64,000 bases of DNA from Actinomycetes bacterium. GTDB taxonomy: Bacteria; Actinomycetota; Acidimicrobiia; Acidimicrobiales; Bog-793. Below are positions 1 to 9,346 of the stretch, piece after piece; position 1 is the stretch's first letter; each line of letters starts with the position of its first letter. A program made the translations under genes and the position numbers. The notes below the pieces were generated by a model. It made no database searches and was not told the DNA's origin. It was given only the letters and a program-made list of their open reading frames with translations. The stretch lies in the NCBI GenBank assembly GCA_021797795.1, contig JAJZZB010000004.1:6791-70790 (forward strand), written 5' to 3'.

Positions 1-1
1 C

Positions 2-148
2 AACGCCTCCGGTCGCGCCCACCTCACGCCGGCGAAGCTCGAGGACCGCTGGATGGTCAGGATCTCGGTCGGAGCGGAGGCGACCGAGTGGGACGACCTC
101 GAAGAGCTGTGGGCATTGATGCGGGACGCCGCCACCGCGACGGACTGA
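2..148 (+). CDS. 3' end of a CDS entering from upstream of the window (product not assignable)
   Basis: The frame is open from the window edge to TGA at 146-148 (..VRISVGAEATEWDDLEELWALMRDAATATD*). Third positions are GC-rich. It is missing from the ORF track only because it has no start in the window. Confidence 0.4.
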   Translation, partial: NASGRAHLTPAKLEDRWMVRISVGAEATEWDDLEELWALMRDAATATD

Positions 149-196
149 GCGGCCGCCGGGAGTTTGGGGGCGCGGAGCCGGGAGTACATTCCGGAA

Positions 197-1426
197 ATGG
201 CCGACACCGCCTTGCAGCCCTCCGAGGGAGAGTTCCGAACGGAGGCCCTCGAGTTCCTCGAGGCCAATGCTCGCCCGAGGCCGCCCGAGAAGCTCGTCTT
301 CGGGGAGGGATCGGACGAGGTCTCCGTGCTCCCCGAGCGCACGCCGGCAGAGGACGCCCGAGAGGTCGCAGAGGCGAAGCACTGGGCGGCCAGGGTGTTC
401 GACGCAGGCTTCGGATGGATCACCGGACCTACGGAGTACGGCGGTCGCGGGCTGCCGGGTTCCTATCAGCGCCTCTACAGCTCGCTCGAGGCGAGGTTCG
501 ACACACCCTCGCAGGCTCCGAGGATGATCGGCCTCGGCATGATCGCGCCGACCATCCTCGCCCACGGCACCGAGGTCGCCAAGCGGGCCTACCTGCGCCG
601 GCTCTGGCGGGGCGACATCATCGCCTGCCAGCTCTTCTCCGAGCCGAGCCACGGCAGCGACCTCGCGGGAGTCCAGACACGGGCCGTGCGCGACGGCGAC
701 GAGTGGGTGCTGTCCGGCCAGAAGGTCTGGACCTCGGGGGCCCAGTACTCCGACATCGGCGAGATCCTCTGTCGCAGCGACCCTGACCTGCCTAAGCACA
801 AGGGGTTGTCCGCCTTCCTCGTCGACATGAAGGCGCCCGGGGTCGAGGTCCGTCCTCTCCGCCAGATGACCGGCGGCGCCTCGTTCAACGAGGTCTTCTT
901 CACCGACGTTCGGGTCCCCGCCGATCATCTGCTCGGCGAGGTGAACGGTGGATGGACCGTCGCCCTCACCACGCTCATGAACGAGCGGGCGGCCATCGGG
1001 GGCGGAGGTGCGGCGGCCGGCGGAGGCGCGACCCGCCGCCTGCTCGACCTCATGGTCCACCTGGGCGCCACCGCCGACCCGCTGCTCCGCCAGGCATACG
1101 CCGACCTGTGGATCCACCTCCAGGTCGCGCGGTGGAACAACGACAGGGCGCTGTCGAAGATCCGGGCAGGCCAGCTGCCCGGCCCGGAGCTGTCGATCGC
1201 CAAGCTCTCGCTCACCGAGAACATGCGCCGGACAGCCGACCTGGCCGCCCAGGTTCTCGGGCCGCGCATCACCGCCGACTCAGGCGAGTGGGGCACCTAC
1301 GCCTGGTCGAGGTACCTCCTCGGCATCCCGGGGATGCGGGTAGCGGGCGGCACCGACGAGGTCATGCGCAACATCGTCGCCGAGCGAGTCCTCGGGCTCC
1401 CGAAGGAGCCCTCTCCGCGGTCCTGA
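197..1426 (+). CDS. acyl-CoA dehydrogenase family protein
   Basis: ORF 164-1426, with the ATG at 197 (MADTALQ..) preferred. Family hallmarks are YGGRGLPGSY, FSEPSHGSDLAGVQTRA and the C-terminal GGTDEVMRNIVAERVLGLP. Confidence 0.9.
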   Translation: MADTALQPSEGEFRTEALEFLEANARPRPPEKLVFGEGSDEVSVLPERTPAEDAREVAEAKHWAARVFDAGFGWITGPTEYGGRGLPGSYQRLYSSLEARFDTPSQAPRMIGLGMIAPTILAHGTEVAKRAYLRRLWRGDIIACQLFSEPSHGSDLAGVQTRAVRDGDEWVLSGQKVWTSGAQYSDIGEILCRSDPDLPKHKGLSAFLVDMKAPGVEVRPLRQMTGGASFNEVFFTDVRVPADHLLGEVNGGWTVALTTLMNERAAIGGGGAAAGGGATRRLLDLMVHLGATADPLLRQAYADLWIHLQVARWNNDRALSKIRAGQLPGPELSIAKLSLTENMRRTADLAAQVLGPRITADSGEWGTYAWSRYLLGIPGMRVAGGTDEVMRNIVAERVLGLPKEPSPRS

Positions 1427-2089
1427 GGCCGAGGGGCGGTACCACAACCCCTCCACGAACCCCCAGGAGCGCCGGTGAAACGGGGTACACCCCCAGGTGG
1501 CGAGCGCCATCTTGTGCAGCGGCGCCGGGTAGCCGCGGTTCCGCTCGAAGCCATACCAGGGGTAGTGCTCGGACTCCACCTCCATCATCCGGTCCCGGGT
1601 GACCTTGGCGAGCACCGAGGCAGCCGAGATCGACTTGGCAGTGGCGTCCCCCCGCACGATCAGGCGGACGGGGGGGAAGTCGGACACTCCGGCCACCCGG
1701 TCGGCGAGGAAGTCGAAACGGCCGTCGAGCAGGACGACATCAGGAACGACGTCGAGCTTCTCGAGCGCACGTCTGGCAGCCAGGCGCTGGGCGAGGGTCA
1801 TGCCGAGCTCGTCGCACTCCTCGTTGCTCGCGTGGCCGACGGCCCAGTCGGCAAGTGACCGGGCGAGCGGCTCGTAGAGCCGCTCTCGCTCTCCGAGACT
1901 GAGCTGTTTTGAGTCCCTCACCCCCCGTGGGATCCGGCGTCCCGATCCAGGTGTGACCACCGCGATGCCGATCGAGACGGGTCCGGCCCAGGCGCCGCGC
2001 CCGACCTCGTCCATCCCGGCGACGGCTGAGCAGCCATCAGCGAAGTAACGGCCCTCCACGCGGAGAGAAGGGGGCGGGGCACCTGTCAC
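1280..2089 (-). CDS. rnhB: ribonuclease HII
   Basis: Motifs: AGMDEVGRGAWAGPV (catalytic DE), RDSKQLS, LLDG, GDATAKSISAASVLAKVTRD, GYPAPLH, HRRSW. The last ~60 aa are antisense to the acyl-CoA dehydrogenase 3' end. Confidence 0.9.
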   Translation of the reverse strand: MTGAPPPSLRVEGRYFADGCSAVAGMDEVGRGAWAGPVSIGIAVVTPGSGRRIPRGVRDSKQLSLGERERLYEPLARSLADWAVGHASNEECDELGMTLAQRLAARRALEKLDVVPDVVLLDGRFDFLADRVAGVSDFPPVRLIVRGDATAKSISAASVLAKVTRDRMMEVESEHYPWYGFERNRGYPAPLHKMALATWGCTPFHRRSWGFVEGLWYRPSASGPRRGLLREPEDSLGDDVAHDLVGAARYPHPRDAEEVPRPGVGAPLA

Positions 2090-2194
2090 GCCGACCCTCC
2101 CGCGCCGTCCACCTGGCTCACGCTATCGAGGACCTTCCCGACAGTTGTACTTGCTATCCGACAGCCGATCTTGCATTCAAGTATCGTGCTCGCC

Positions 2195-3259
2195 ATGACT
2201 CGGTGGCCTGTTCGGTCGTTGGTCCTGTGCTCGCTCGCCCTCGTCGCGTCGCTGGCGGCGGCATGTGGTACCTCCTCGGCTGGCTCCGGCTCCCACGGGA
2301 CGGCGAACATCGCCTATGCCGGCTCCCTCCAGGGACTCGTCCAGAGCTCCCTTCAGCCAGCCTTCAGCGCGGCGACGGGCGACGCCTTGGTCGGCAAGGG
2401 GGCGGGATCGACCGCCCTCGCCCACGACATCATGGACGGGGAGCTCTCCCCCGGCGTCTTCGTCTCGGTCGGGTCCGCCCCCATCGCCTCGTTGTGGCCT
2501 TCGCGCTCGCACTTCGCGCTGAGGATCGCCACCGATCCGCTGGTCGTCGCCTACTCGCCCAAGAGCAGGGACGCACGCCAGCTCGATCGCATCCGCTCGG
2601 GCGCCCTGCCGTTGAAGGACCTCTTCAGACTGATGGAGACGCCGGGCTTCCGCCTCGGCCGGACCGATCCGAACGTCGACCCCCAGGGCGGCTTCTTCAT
2701 GCTCATGATCCGCCGGGCGGCACAGCAGCTTCACCTGGCCTCCGGGACCGCTGCACGGATCCTCGGCACCACACCCGGAAACAGCGTCGGGACGGCGACA
2801 CAGATCTACGACGAGGTGGCGCTCCCCACCGCGATCGCCTCGGGGAGCGTCGACGCCGGGAGCGACTTCCTCACCGAGGCTCGCCAGTACCACCTCGACT
2901 ACATCACCTTGCCGCCGAGCCTCGACTTCGCCGATCCGGGCGACCTTCGGTCCTACTCGAGCGTCCACCTGAGCCTGGCGAACGGGCAGAGCTTCCCCGG
3001 CGGCCTCATCACGCTCGACGCCACCCTGGTGGCACCTCCCGCGGGACTCCAGACGGCGAGGACGAACACCGCCGCCGACAGTGCCTTCCTCGCCTTCCTC
3101 CTCTCCCCGCGTGGCCAGAGCCTGCTGAAGCGGGCCGGCTACCGGCTCGTCGCCCCCGAGCTCCACCTCGCGCCCGGTTACAAGAGCGCCGCCGGCGTCC
3201 TCCCCCGCGACGTGCTCACCGCCTTCCGCCGCCTCGGGGGCGTGGTGTCGGCCGGGTGA
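2195..3259 (+). CDS. ABC transporter substrate-binding lipoprotein, ModA/WtpA-like (molybdate/tungstate type)
   Basis: ORF 2171-3259. The ATG at 2195 gives a signal peptide plus lipobox (LVASLAAAC). AYAGSLQGL and GAGSTALAHDIMDGELSPGVFVSVG resemble the oxyanion PBP2 family. It is followed by a coupled permease and ATPase. Confidence 0.7.
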   Translation: MTRWPVRSLVLCSLALVASLAAACGTSSAGSGSHGTANIAYAGSLQGLVQSSLQPAFSAATGDALVGKGAGSTALAHDIMDGELSPGVFVSVGSAPIASLWPSRSHFALRIATDPLVVAYSPKSRDARQLDRIRSGALPLKDLFRLMETPGFRLGRTDPNVDPQGGFFMLMIRRAAQQLHLASGTAARILGTTPGNSVGTATQIYDEVALPTAIASGSVDAGSDFLTEARQYHLDYITLPPSLDFADPGDLRSYSSVHLSLANGQSFPGGLITLDATLVAPPAGLQTARTNTAADSAFLAFLLSPRGQSLLKRAGYRLVAPELHLAPGYKSAAGVLPRDVLTAFRRLGGVVSAG

Positions 3260-4128
3260 CCACCGTCGCCCGGCGGTCGAGCATGGCCGTCGCCCTCCTG
3301 GCGGCGGCCGTCTGCTGGGTCGTCCTCCTCGCGCCGCTGTTCGAGCTGCTCGCGCACATCTCCCCGCGGGGCATCGGACAGGCCCTCACCGAGGCCGGCA
3401 GCCCCGGACTCGGGCCGCTGTGGCGCTCGCTGCTCGCAAGCGGGATCGCCCTCGGGCTCATGATCGGGCTCGGCACGCCCCTCGGCTACCTGCTCGCCCG
3501 TCGCCGCCTGCCCTTCTCGGGAGCGGTGAAGGCCGGACTGGTCGTGCCGCTCGCGATGCCGCCGCTCGTGATCGGCCTGCTCCTCATCTTCCTCATCGGT
3601 CCGAGCTCGCCCGTCGGCGGCCTGCTCGACCGCATCAACCCGGGCGTGTTCGGGATCAACACGTTCTTCGCCCTCGTGGTGGCCGAGTTCTACGAGTCCG
3701 CCCCCTACTTCGTGCTGGCGGCGCACGCTGCCTTCTCCTCGGTCGACGAGCGGCTCGAGCAGGAGGCGGTGCTCCTCGGCGACCGCCCGCTGCAGGTGTT
3801 CCGGAAGGTCACGCTGCCTCTTTCGGCTCCTGGGCTGGCTGCCGGGCTGGCCATCGCCTGGGCCCGGGCGATGGGGGCCTTCGGCGCCGTCATCATCGTC
3901 GCCTACAACCCCCCGGGCCTCCCAATGGCCATCGACACGGGGCTGCAGTCCTTCGGTCTCTCCGGGGCGCTCCCCTACGGCCTCCTGCTCGTCATCGCCG
4001 TGCTGCCCCTCCCCCTCCTCGCCCTGTTGTGGAGCGCCAGGGCCGACGGTCGCATCGGTCGCCGGGAACCGCCCCTCGAGCCGCTCGTCGCCATGGTGGG
4101 ACGACCCGAAGGCGGCCGACGGCCATGA
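3256..4128 (+). CDS. ABC transporter permease (ModB/WtpB/CysTW-type)
   Basis: This is the C-terminal part of ORF 2203-4128. GTG at 3256 overlaps the upstream stop (GTGA); ATG 3283 is an alternative. It is multi-TM and has the EAA-like segment VDERLEQEAVLLGDRPLQVFRKVTLPL. Confidence 0.8.
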   Translation: MTTVARRSSMAVALLAAAVCWVVLLAPLFELLAHISPRGIGQALTEAGSPGLGPLWRSLLASGIALGLMIGLGTPLGYLLARRRLPFSGAVKAGLVVPLAMPPLVIGLLLIFLIGPSSPVGGLLDRINPGVFGINTFFALVVAEFYESAPYFVLAAHAAFSSVDERLEQEAVLLGDRPLQVFRKVTLPLSAPGLAAGLAIAWARAMGAFGAVIIVAYNPPGLPMAIDTGLQSFGLSGALPYGLLLVIAVLPLPLLALLWSARADGRIGRREPPLEPLVAMVGRPEGGRRP

Positions 4129-5252
4129 GCGCCACCCGGGCGCTCGAGATCGACGTCACGGTGCCGCGCCGTCACTTCGAGGTCTCCGCCAGGCTCCGCG
4201 TCGAGGCCGGCGAGCGAGTGGCGCTGTTCGGCCCTTCGGGCGCCGGGAAGACGACCCTGCTCGAGGTGGTGGCCGGTCTCGTCGAGCCGGCCCGAGGAGG
4301 CGCACATCTCGGCCCGCTCCAGCTCTCGCTCCCGGAGGGCAAGCCCGGCTCCCGCCGCCTGTCGAGCCGGGTGCGGGCAGTCAGGCCGACGCCTGGAGCC
4401 ATCGCCGAGGTCTCGCTCGTCCGCCAGCCCCCGGCCCTCTTCCCGCACCTCGACGTCGAACAGAACGTCGCCTACGGGGCCTCCCTCCCCGCCAGGGTGC
4501 CCGCCCTCATGCACGAGCTGGGGCTCCTGTCCCACCGCCGGGCTCGACCTCGGGACCTCTCGGGCGGCCAGGCCCAGCGGGTGGCCCTCGCCAGAGCACT
4601 CGCCCGCCGCTTCTCCGTGCTGCTCCTCGACGAGCCGTTGTCGGCCCTCGACGCGAGCGCCCGGGCGATCTGCTGGGGTGCGATCCGGGCTCGGGCGAGC
4701 GAGGAAGGAGCCGTCGTCCTGCTCGTCACCCACGACCTGAAGGAGGCTCAGAGCTTCGGCGACCGCGTGGCGGTCATGGACGACGGCGAGATCCTGGCGG
4801 TCGACGGCCCCTCCCAGGTGGTGGCGGCGCCGCCCAGCCGGAGGGCGGCGGAGGTGCTCGGCTACCGCTGCTTCCTCAGCGTCGTGGCGCCCGAGCACGG
4901 AAGAGCGCCCACCGTGCTCACCGCAGCTGTCGACCCGGCGCGGGTCAGGATCGGCTCGCACCCAGCCGAGGGATGGGTCGTGAGCGGGATTGTCACCTCT
5001 TCGACACCCGACCGCAGCAGCTTCGAGGTCACCATGGCGGTACAGGCCGGATCTCCGGTGCTGGGCGTAGTTGGCGGTGGATGGACAGCAGACTCCACCT
5101 GCGACATTTCGATTCTGGTAGACCGAGCGGTAACCGTGGGTAAGGAGCTACTTGCGACGGTGCTCACCCCACCAGTCGTGGCCAGCGACCGCCCACGCCA
5201 TCACGCAGCAGGGAGGCATTCGAGTGACCGAGGCGAGACGGCAATCAGATGA
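4125..5252 (+). CDS. ABC transporter ATP-binding protein with C-terminal TOBE-like extension (ModC-like)
   Basis: ATG 4125 overlaps the permease stop (ATGA). Motifs: Walker A GPSGAGKTT, signature LSGGQAQRVALARAL, Walker B LLLDEP, H-loop VTHD. There is a ~120-aa C-terminal domain. Confidence 0.85.
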   Translation: MSATRALEIDVTVPRRHFEVSARLRVEAGERVALFGPSGAGKTTLLEVVAGLVEPARGGAHLGPLQLSLPEGKPGSRRLSSRVRAVRPTPGAIAEVSLVRQPPALFPHLDVEQNVAYGASLPARVPALMHELGLLSHRRARPRDLSGGQAQRVALARALARRFSVLLLDEPLSALDASARAICWGAIRARASEEGAVVLLVTHDLKEAQSFGDRVAVMDDGEILAVDGPSQVVAAPPSRRAAEVLGYRCFLSVVAPEHGRAPTVLTAAVDPARVRIGSHPAEGWVVSGIVTSSTPDRSSFEVTMAVQAGSPVLGVVGGGWTADSTCDISILVDRAVTVGKELLATVLTPPVVASDRPRHHAAGRHSSDRGETAIR

Positions 5253-6363
5253 CCGATTGAGGCTGACCAGGCTCGCTCGAGGGCTGTCGCAGGGCGACCT
5301 CGCCCGGACGGCGGGGGTCACCCGCCAGGCGATCTCCGGTATCGAGTCGGGTCGATGGTCGCCATCGCTCGAGGTCGCACTCTCGCTCGCGAGCGCCGTC
5401 GACTCGACGGTCGAGGAGCTGTTCGGATCGGCGGTCGACTCTCCGCCTGTCCGCGGCCGCCTTGCCGTCCTGTCTGAGCCGCCGACGAGCAAGGGCGACG
5501 GAAGGCTGCTGCTCGCCGAGGTAGCCGGCGACGTCGTCGCGTTCCCACTCACCGGCGATCACACGATGGTGCCCGGCTTCGTGCCGGCGCTCGCGTCCGG
5601 TCCGGTCGCCGTCGACCCGTCGAACGGCAGCGGTCCGCGCCCGCGGGGCAACCGGGCGAGGGACGTCGAGGTCCGCCGCGTCGCCGCTCCGACTCCCACG
5701 CTGGCGGTCGCCGGCTGCGACCCGGCTCTCGCTCTCCTGCTCGGACCGCTCCAGCGGCACGACCCTCCGGTCAACCTCGCATGGTGGTCGAGCCACAACT
5801 CTTCGGCGCTCGAGCTTCTCGAGGCGGGAGCGGTGCACGCCGCCGCCCTGCACCGAGGGATCGAGTCCCGGACCCGCGCCCGCCCCGGGATCGAGATCGT
5901 CGGCTTCGCCTCGTGGCGGGAGGGTCTCGCGATCCATCCGCGCCACCGCGACAGGGTCCACGACCTCGCGGACGTCGTGCGCCAGGGGCTTCGCATCGTC
6001 AACCGCCCCGCAGGCTCGGAGGCCCGCCGGCTCCTCGACTCCGAGCTCAGCCGCCTGAAGCTCGATCCCGGTCAGGTCAAGGGCTACGCCACCGAGGCGA
6101 GCGCCCACCTCCTCGCCGCCTCCGGCATCGCCTCCGGCATGGTCGATGCCGCCGTCACCTGCGAGCCCGCCGCCCTCGCCTACGGCCTCGAGTTCGTGGC
6201 CTGGCAGCACGAGCTCTCCGAGCTGCACATACCCCGCTCGCTCGTCGGCACGGTCGAGGTCCGGGCGCTGCTCGACGTCCTCGCCGGGAGAGAGCTCCCG
6301 GCGCAGCTGGCAGCCCTCGAGGGCTACGACGCCGATCCCTGCGGACGCATCCTCGCCGCCTGA
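5224..6363 (+). CDS. XRE-family HTH regulator fused to a PBP-like (COG1910/PF12727-type) ligand-binding domain
   Basis: ORF 5152-6363, with GTG 5224 preferred. N-terminal HTH: LRLTRLARGLSQGDLARTAGVTRQAISGIESG. The C-terminal ~250 aa look like a periplasmic-binding-protein domain. It sits directly downstream of the oxyanion ABC genes. Confidence 0.7.
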   Translation: MTEARRQSDDRLRLTRLARGLSQGDLARTAGVTRQAISGIESGRWSPSLEVALSLASAVDSTVEELFGSAVDSPPVRGRLAVLSEPPTSKGDGRLLLAEVAGDVVAFPLTGDHTMVPGFVPALASGPVAVDPSNGSGPRPRGNRARDVEVRRVAAPTPTLAVAGCDPALALLLGPLQRHDPPVNLAWWSSHNSSALELLEAGAVHAAALHRGIESRTRARPGIEIVGFASWREGLAIHPRHRDRVHDLADVVRQGLRIVNRPAGSEARRLLDSELSRLKLDPGQVKGYATEASAHLLAASGIASGMVDAAVTCEPAALAYGLEFVAWQHELSELHIPRSLVGTVEVRALLDVLAGRELPAQLAALEGYDADPCGRILAA

Positions 6364-7619
6364 GCAACCGGCGGGAGGTCGTGCTGGGCCGGGCCGCGCA
6401 GCGCGTCGACGGCATGCTCGCCCTGCTCGCGTAGCGAGGCCAGACCGGGGCTCGCCTCCGAGAGCCGCCTCCAGCGCTGGCCGGAGCGGCGCTGCTCGGA
6501 AGGAACGGTGCCCGCCCTGGCGACGTGCCACAGCCGGACGCGCCCGAGATCCTTCAGCGCCCGCGGCTTGAGCGCCTGGAAGCGGATCTCCCTTCCCACC
6601 TCGTCCTTGTCGACGGCGCCCACCACCTCCTCGCTCGCCAGCACCGTGCCGGCATCAGCGATGGCGACGATGCGATGCGCCCGGTTCACGACCGAACCGA
6701 AGAAGTCCCCCTCCAAGGTGAGGACCGGACCGGCGGCCACACCCACGCGCACGTCGGAGAGCAGGTCGTCGTCCGCATAGGCCTCGACGAGGGCGAGGCC
6801 TATGCGGATGGCCTGGAGCGGCTCGTCGGCGACGAACATCACCTCGTCGCCGATCATCTTCACCGGGCGTCCACCGCCCTCGACGACCGTCGTATGGGCG
6901 AGGTCCTCGAACCGGTCGACCACACGGGCCAGTTGCTGCGCGGTGAGCTGCGAGCTGAGGGCGGTGAAGCCGACCATGTCGGCGAAACCCACGGTGAGGG
7001 GGCTCACGATGGCCGAGTCCTCCTCGCCGTCTCGCCGGATCGAGAGACGGCGCCGGGCGGCGGCCTGGAGATGGCGCCTCCAGGCGTAGACGAGCAGCCG
7101 CTCGAGGTTCGGGAAGACGAGCTCGGAGGAGAGCGCGATCGACTGGGCGAGCAAGATGGCGTCGTCGTCCGATCCGTCGGCCCATGGCGGGCGCCCGGAC
7201 GTCCGCGTGCTCGGGTCGGAGGCTGCGAGGAGAGCTTCTGCCAGGCGCGACATCGACTGTCCGAGCACCCGAGTCACCTGCACCGCCGTCTCCTCGCTCG
7301 ACATCCCGAGCTCGGTCAGACCCCGCAGCGTCCGCAGCGCCTCGACGTCCTGGTCGTTGAACGCGGCCTCCTCTCCGGCCTCGGGAAAGCCGAGCGCCCT
7401 CCAGAGGCGGTCGGCCTGATCGAGCGGGATGCCTGACGAGGCGCTCACCTCCTCTCCTGTCTTGCGCGGCCCGCCCGGCAGGAGAAAGAAGTCGACGGCG
7501 AGAAGATCGAGGTGCCCCTCGAGAAGTGCCTGGTCGAACTGCGCCGGCGTGACGCCCCTCGCGAGAGCGAGGGCTCGGAGCCCCTCGACGACGTCCGCTC
7601 GCGAGCTGGACCCGAACAT
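6324..7619 (-). CDS. class III adenylate/guanylate cyclase with N-terminal MerR-like/helical region
   Basis: Cyclase core: VGFADMVGFTALSS .. VKMIGDEVMFV .. VRVGVAAGPV .. GDFFGSVVNRAHRI. The start is taken at ATG 7619 (MFGSS..). The track ORF extends to 7853, so the start is uncertain. Confidence 0.85.
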   Translation of the reverse strand: MFGSSSRADVVEGLRALALARGVTPAQFDQALLEGHLDLLAVDFFLLPGGPRKTGEEVSASSGIPLDQADRLWRALGFPEAGEEAAFNDQDVEALRTLRGLTELGMSSEETAVQVTRVLGQSMSRLAEALLAASDPSTRTSGRPPWADGSDDDAILLAQSIALSSELVFPNLERLLVYAWRRHLQAAARRRLSIRRDGEEDSAIVSPLTVGFADMVGFTALSSQLTAQQLARVVDRFEDLAHTTVVEGGGRPVKMIGDEVMFVADEPLQAIRIGLALVEAYADDDLLSDVRVGVAAGPVLTLEGDFFGSVVNRAHRIVAIADAGTVLASEEVVGAVDKDEVGREIRFQALKPRALKDLGRVRLWHVARAGTVPSEQRRSGQRWRRLSEASPGLASLREQGEHAVDALRGPAQHDLPPVAQAARMRPQGSAS

Positions 7620-7873
7620 CGACGTACGGTCGGCCTCCACACACCCTCCAAGCTCGTTCGCCTCTGCCTGCCCGACCACCGAGTGAAGCAGATTCCGAGC
7701 CGCCGGGGCGCCCCAACTGGCGAGGTCGCCCGACCGAGGACCGCCCTCTCGAGGCAGGCGGCGCCAGACCGGCTCCCCCCGGCACGTCGGTCCGCTCGCT
7801 CCTGTGGCACAACACGCGCGTCGAGGGGTCGGCTCCACATCGCACGTGGCCATACGACGACGCCACCGGTAGC

Positions 7874-8458
7874 GTGGCTGCGGTGAGAGCGCTGCTCGTG
7901 CCGGTGAAGGCGTTCCGGGATGCGAAGCTCCGTCTGGCGGCGGTCCTGCCCGCCGAAGAACGCCGGCGCCTCTCCCGGGAGCTCGCCGCCGGTGTCATCC
8001 GCGCGGCCGGACCACTCCCGGCCTCGGTCGTCTGCGACGACCACGAGGTCGCCGCCTTCGCCGAGTCGCTCGGCGCCGGGGTGATCTGGACACCCGGCCT
8101 CGGCCTCTCGGGAGCCGTCGGGGCCGGCGTCGCCCGCCTTTGCTCGGATGGTGCCGACGTCGTCGTCGTCGCGCACGCCGACCTCCCGAGAGCGAGGACC
8201 TTCGAGCACCTCGCACCCGCCCGGCGGCACGAGCGGGCGCAGGCGGTGGTGAGCATCGTGCCCGACCGCGTCTTCCAGGGGACGAACGTGATCGCCGTCC
8301 CCGCCGCGGCTGGCTTCCGGTTCTCCTACGGGCGAGGCTCGTTCCACCGGCACCTCGAGGAGGCTCGTCGCCTCTCCCTCGCGATCGAGGTGGTCGAGGA
8401 TGCTGACCTGTCGGCCGACGTGGACCTCCCGGCAGATCTCGCGCTCCTCCGTCGCTGA
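7874..8458 (+). CDS. cofC: 2-phospho-L-lactate (phosphoenolpyruvate) guanylyltransferase, F420 biosynthesis
   Basis: GTG start. N-terminal LVPVKAFRDAKLRL and the later VVVAHADLP are typical CofC/FbiD motifs. Size is ~194 aa. Confidence 0.75.
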   Translation: MAAVRALLVPVKAFRDAKLRLAAVLPAEERRRLSRELAAGVIRAAGPLPASVVCDDHEVAAFAESLGAGVIWTPGLGLSGAVGAGVARLCSDGADVVVVAHADLPRARTFEHLAPARRHERAQAVVSIVPDRVFQGTNVIAVPAAAGFRFSYGRGSFHRHLEEARRLSLAIEVVEDADLSADVDLPADLALLRR

Positions 8459-8501
8459 GCGGGCGAGTCCCCCGTCTCGGGCGCACCGGTATCGTCGCTC
8501 C

Positions 8502-9272
8502 ATGCCGAGCAGCCCTGCGAGCAGCACGCCCGCCATCTCCACGAACCTGCACGTGCCCGCCGTCGCGCTCGCCATCGGCGCCCACCCCGACGACATCGAG
8601 TTCGGCTGCGGCGGGACACTGGCGAAGTGGGCGGCCGCCGGCTGCGAGATCCACCATCTCGTCTGCACCGACGGCTCGAAGGGCAGTTGGGATCCGAGCG
8701 AGGACCCGGCCCGCCTCGTGGCGCGTCGCCGGGAAGAGCAGCGGGACGCGTCCCGCGCCCTCGGCGGCAAGGGAGAGGTCGTCTTCCTGGGCTGGCCGGA
8801 CGGCGAGCTCGAGTCCGGTGTGCGCCAGCGGTCCGAGATCGCCGGCTGGATCCGCAAGATCCGCCCCGACGTCGTGCTGGGCCACGACCCCTGGAAGCGC
8901 TACCGGCTTCATCCCGACCACCGCAATGCGGGCTTCCTCGTGACCGACGGGATCGTGGCCGCCCGCGACCCCCTCTTCTTTCCCGAGCACGACAGCACCC
9001 ATCACCGGCCTTCGATGCTCCTCTTGTGGGAGGCGGACGAACCCGACCACGTCGAGGACGTCGCCGGCTACGAGGAGCACAAGCTCCGGGCGCTGTTCGC
9101 CCACCGGAGCCAGTTCCGCTCGACGATGGGCATCTCCTCAGACGAGGCACCACACGAGGACGACCCAGAGGTGTCAGGCTTCACGACGCGAGTGCTCGAG
9201 CGCCTCGGCGAGCACGGATCCCTCGCCGGTCTTGCGCGCGGAGAGGCATTCAAGCGGATCGACCGCCTGTAA
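8502..9272 (+). CDS. PIG-L/LmbE family deacetylase
   Basis: ATG 8502 within ORF 8400-9272. Motifs: AIGAHPDDIEFGCGGTLAKW and HPDHRNAG (zinc ligands of the LmbE fold). Confidence 0.85.
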   Translation: MPSSPASSTPAISTNLHVPAVALAIGAHPDDIEFGCGGTLAKWAAAGCEIHHLVCTDGSKGSWDPSEDPARLVARRREEQRDASRALGGKGEVVFLGWPDGELESGVRQRSEIAGWIRKIRPDVVLGHDPWKRYRLHPDHRNAGFLVTDGIVAARDPLFFPEHDSTHHRPSMLLLWEADEPDHVEDVAGYEEHKLRALFAHRSQFRSTMGISSDEAPHEDDPEVSGFTTRVLERLGEHGSLAGLARGEAFKRIDRL

Positions 9273-9289
9273 GCCACCTCACCGCTGAC

Positions 9290-9328
9290 GCGACACAGCC
9301 CCGGGCAACTGAACCGGGGCTGTGTCGC
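9290..9328. terminator. bidirectional stem-loop between convergent genes
   Basis: Perfect 15-bp inverted repeat gcgacacagccccgg / ccggggctgtgtcgc with a 9-nt loop. It lies between the PIG-L stop (9272) and the hupB stop (9347). Confidence 0.6.
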
Positions 9329-9346
9329 GCTACGAAACGATCGGTC

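Noticed and set aside
6655-8256. A 533-aa minus-strand ORF, with similar long ORFs at 7445-8857 and 7995-9104, spanning the cyclase, cofC and deacetylase genes
   Set aside because: The translations are Arg/Pro/Gly/Ala-rich and low in complexity. They run out of frame or antisense to genes that have clear family motifs. This is the typical stop-codon-poor artefact of very GC-rich DNA.
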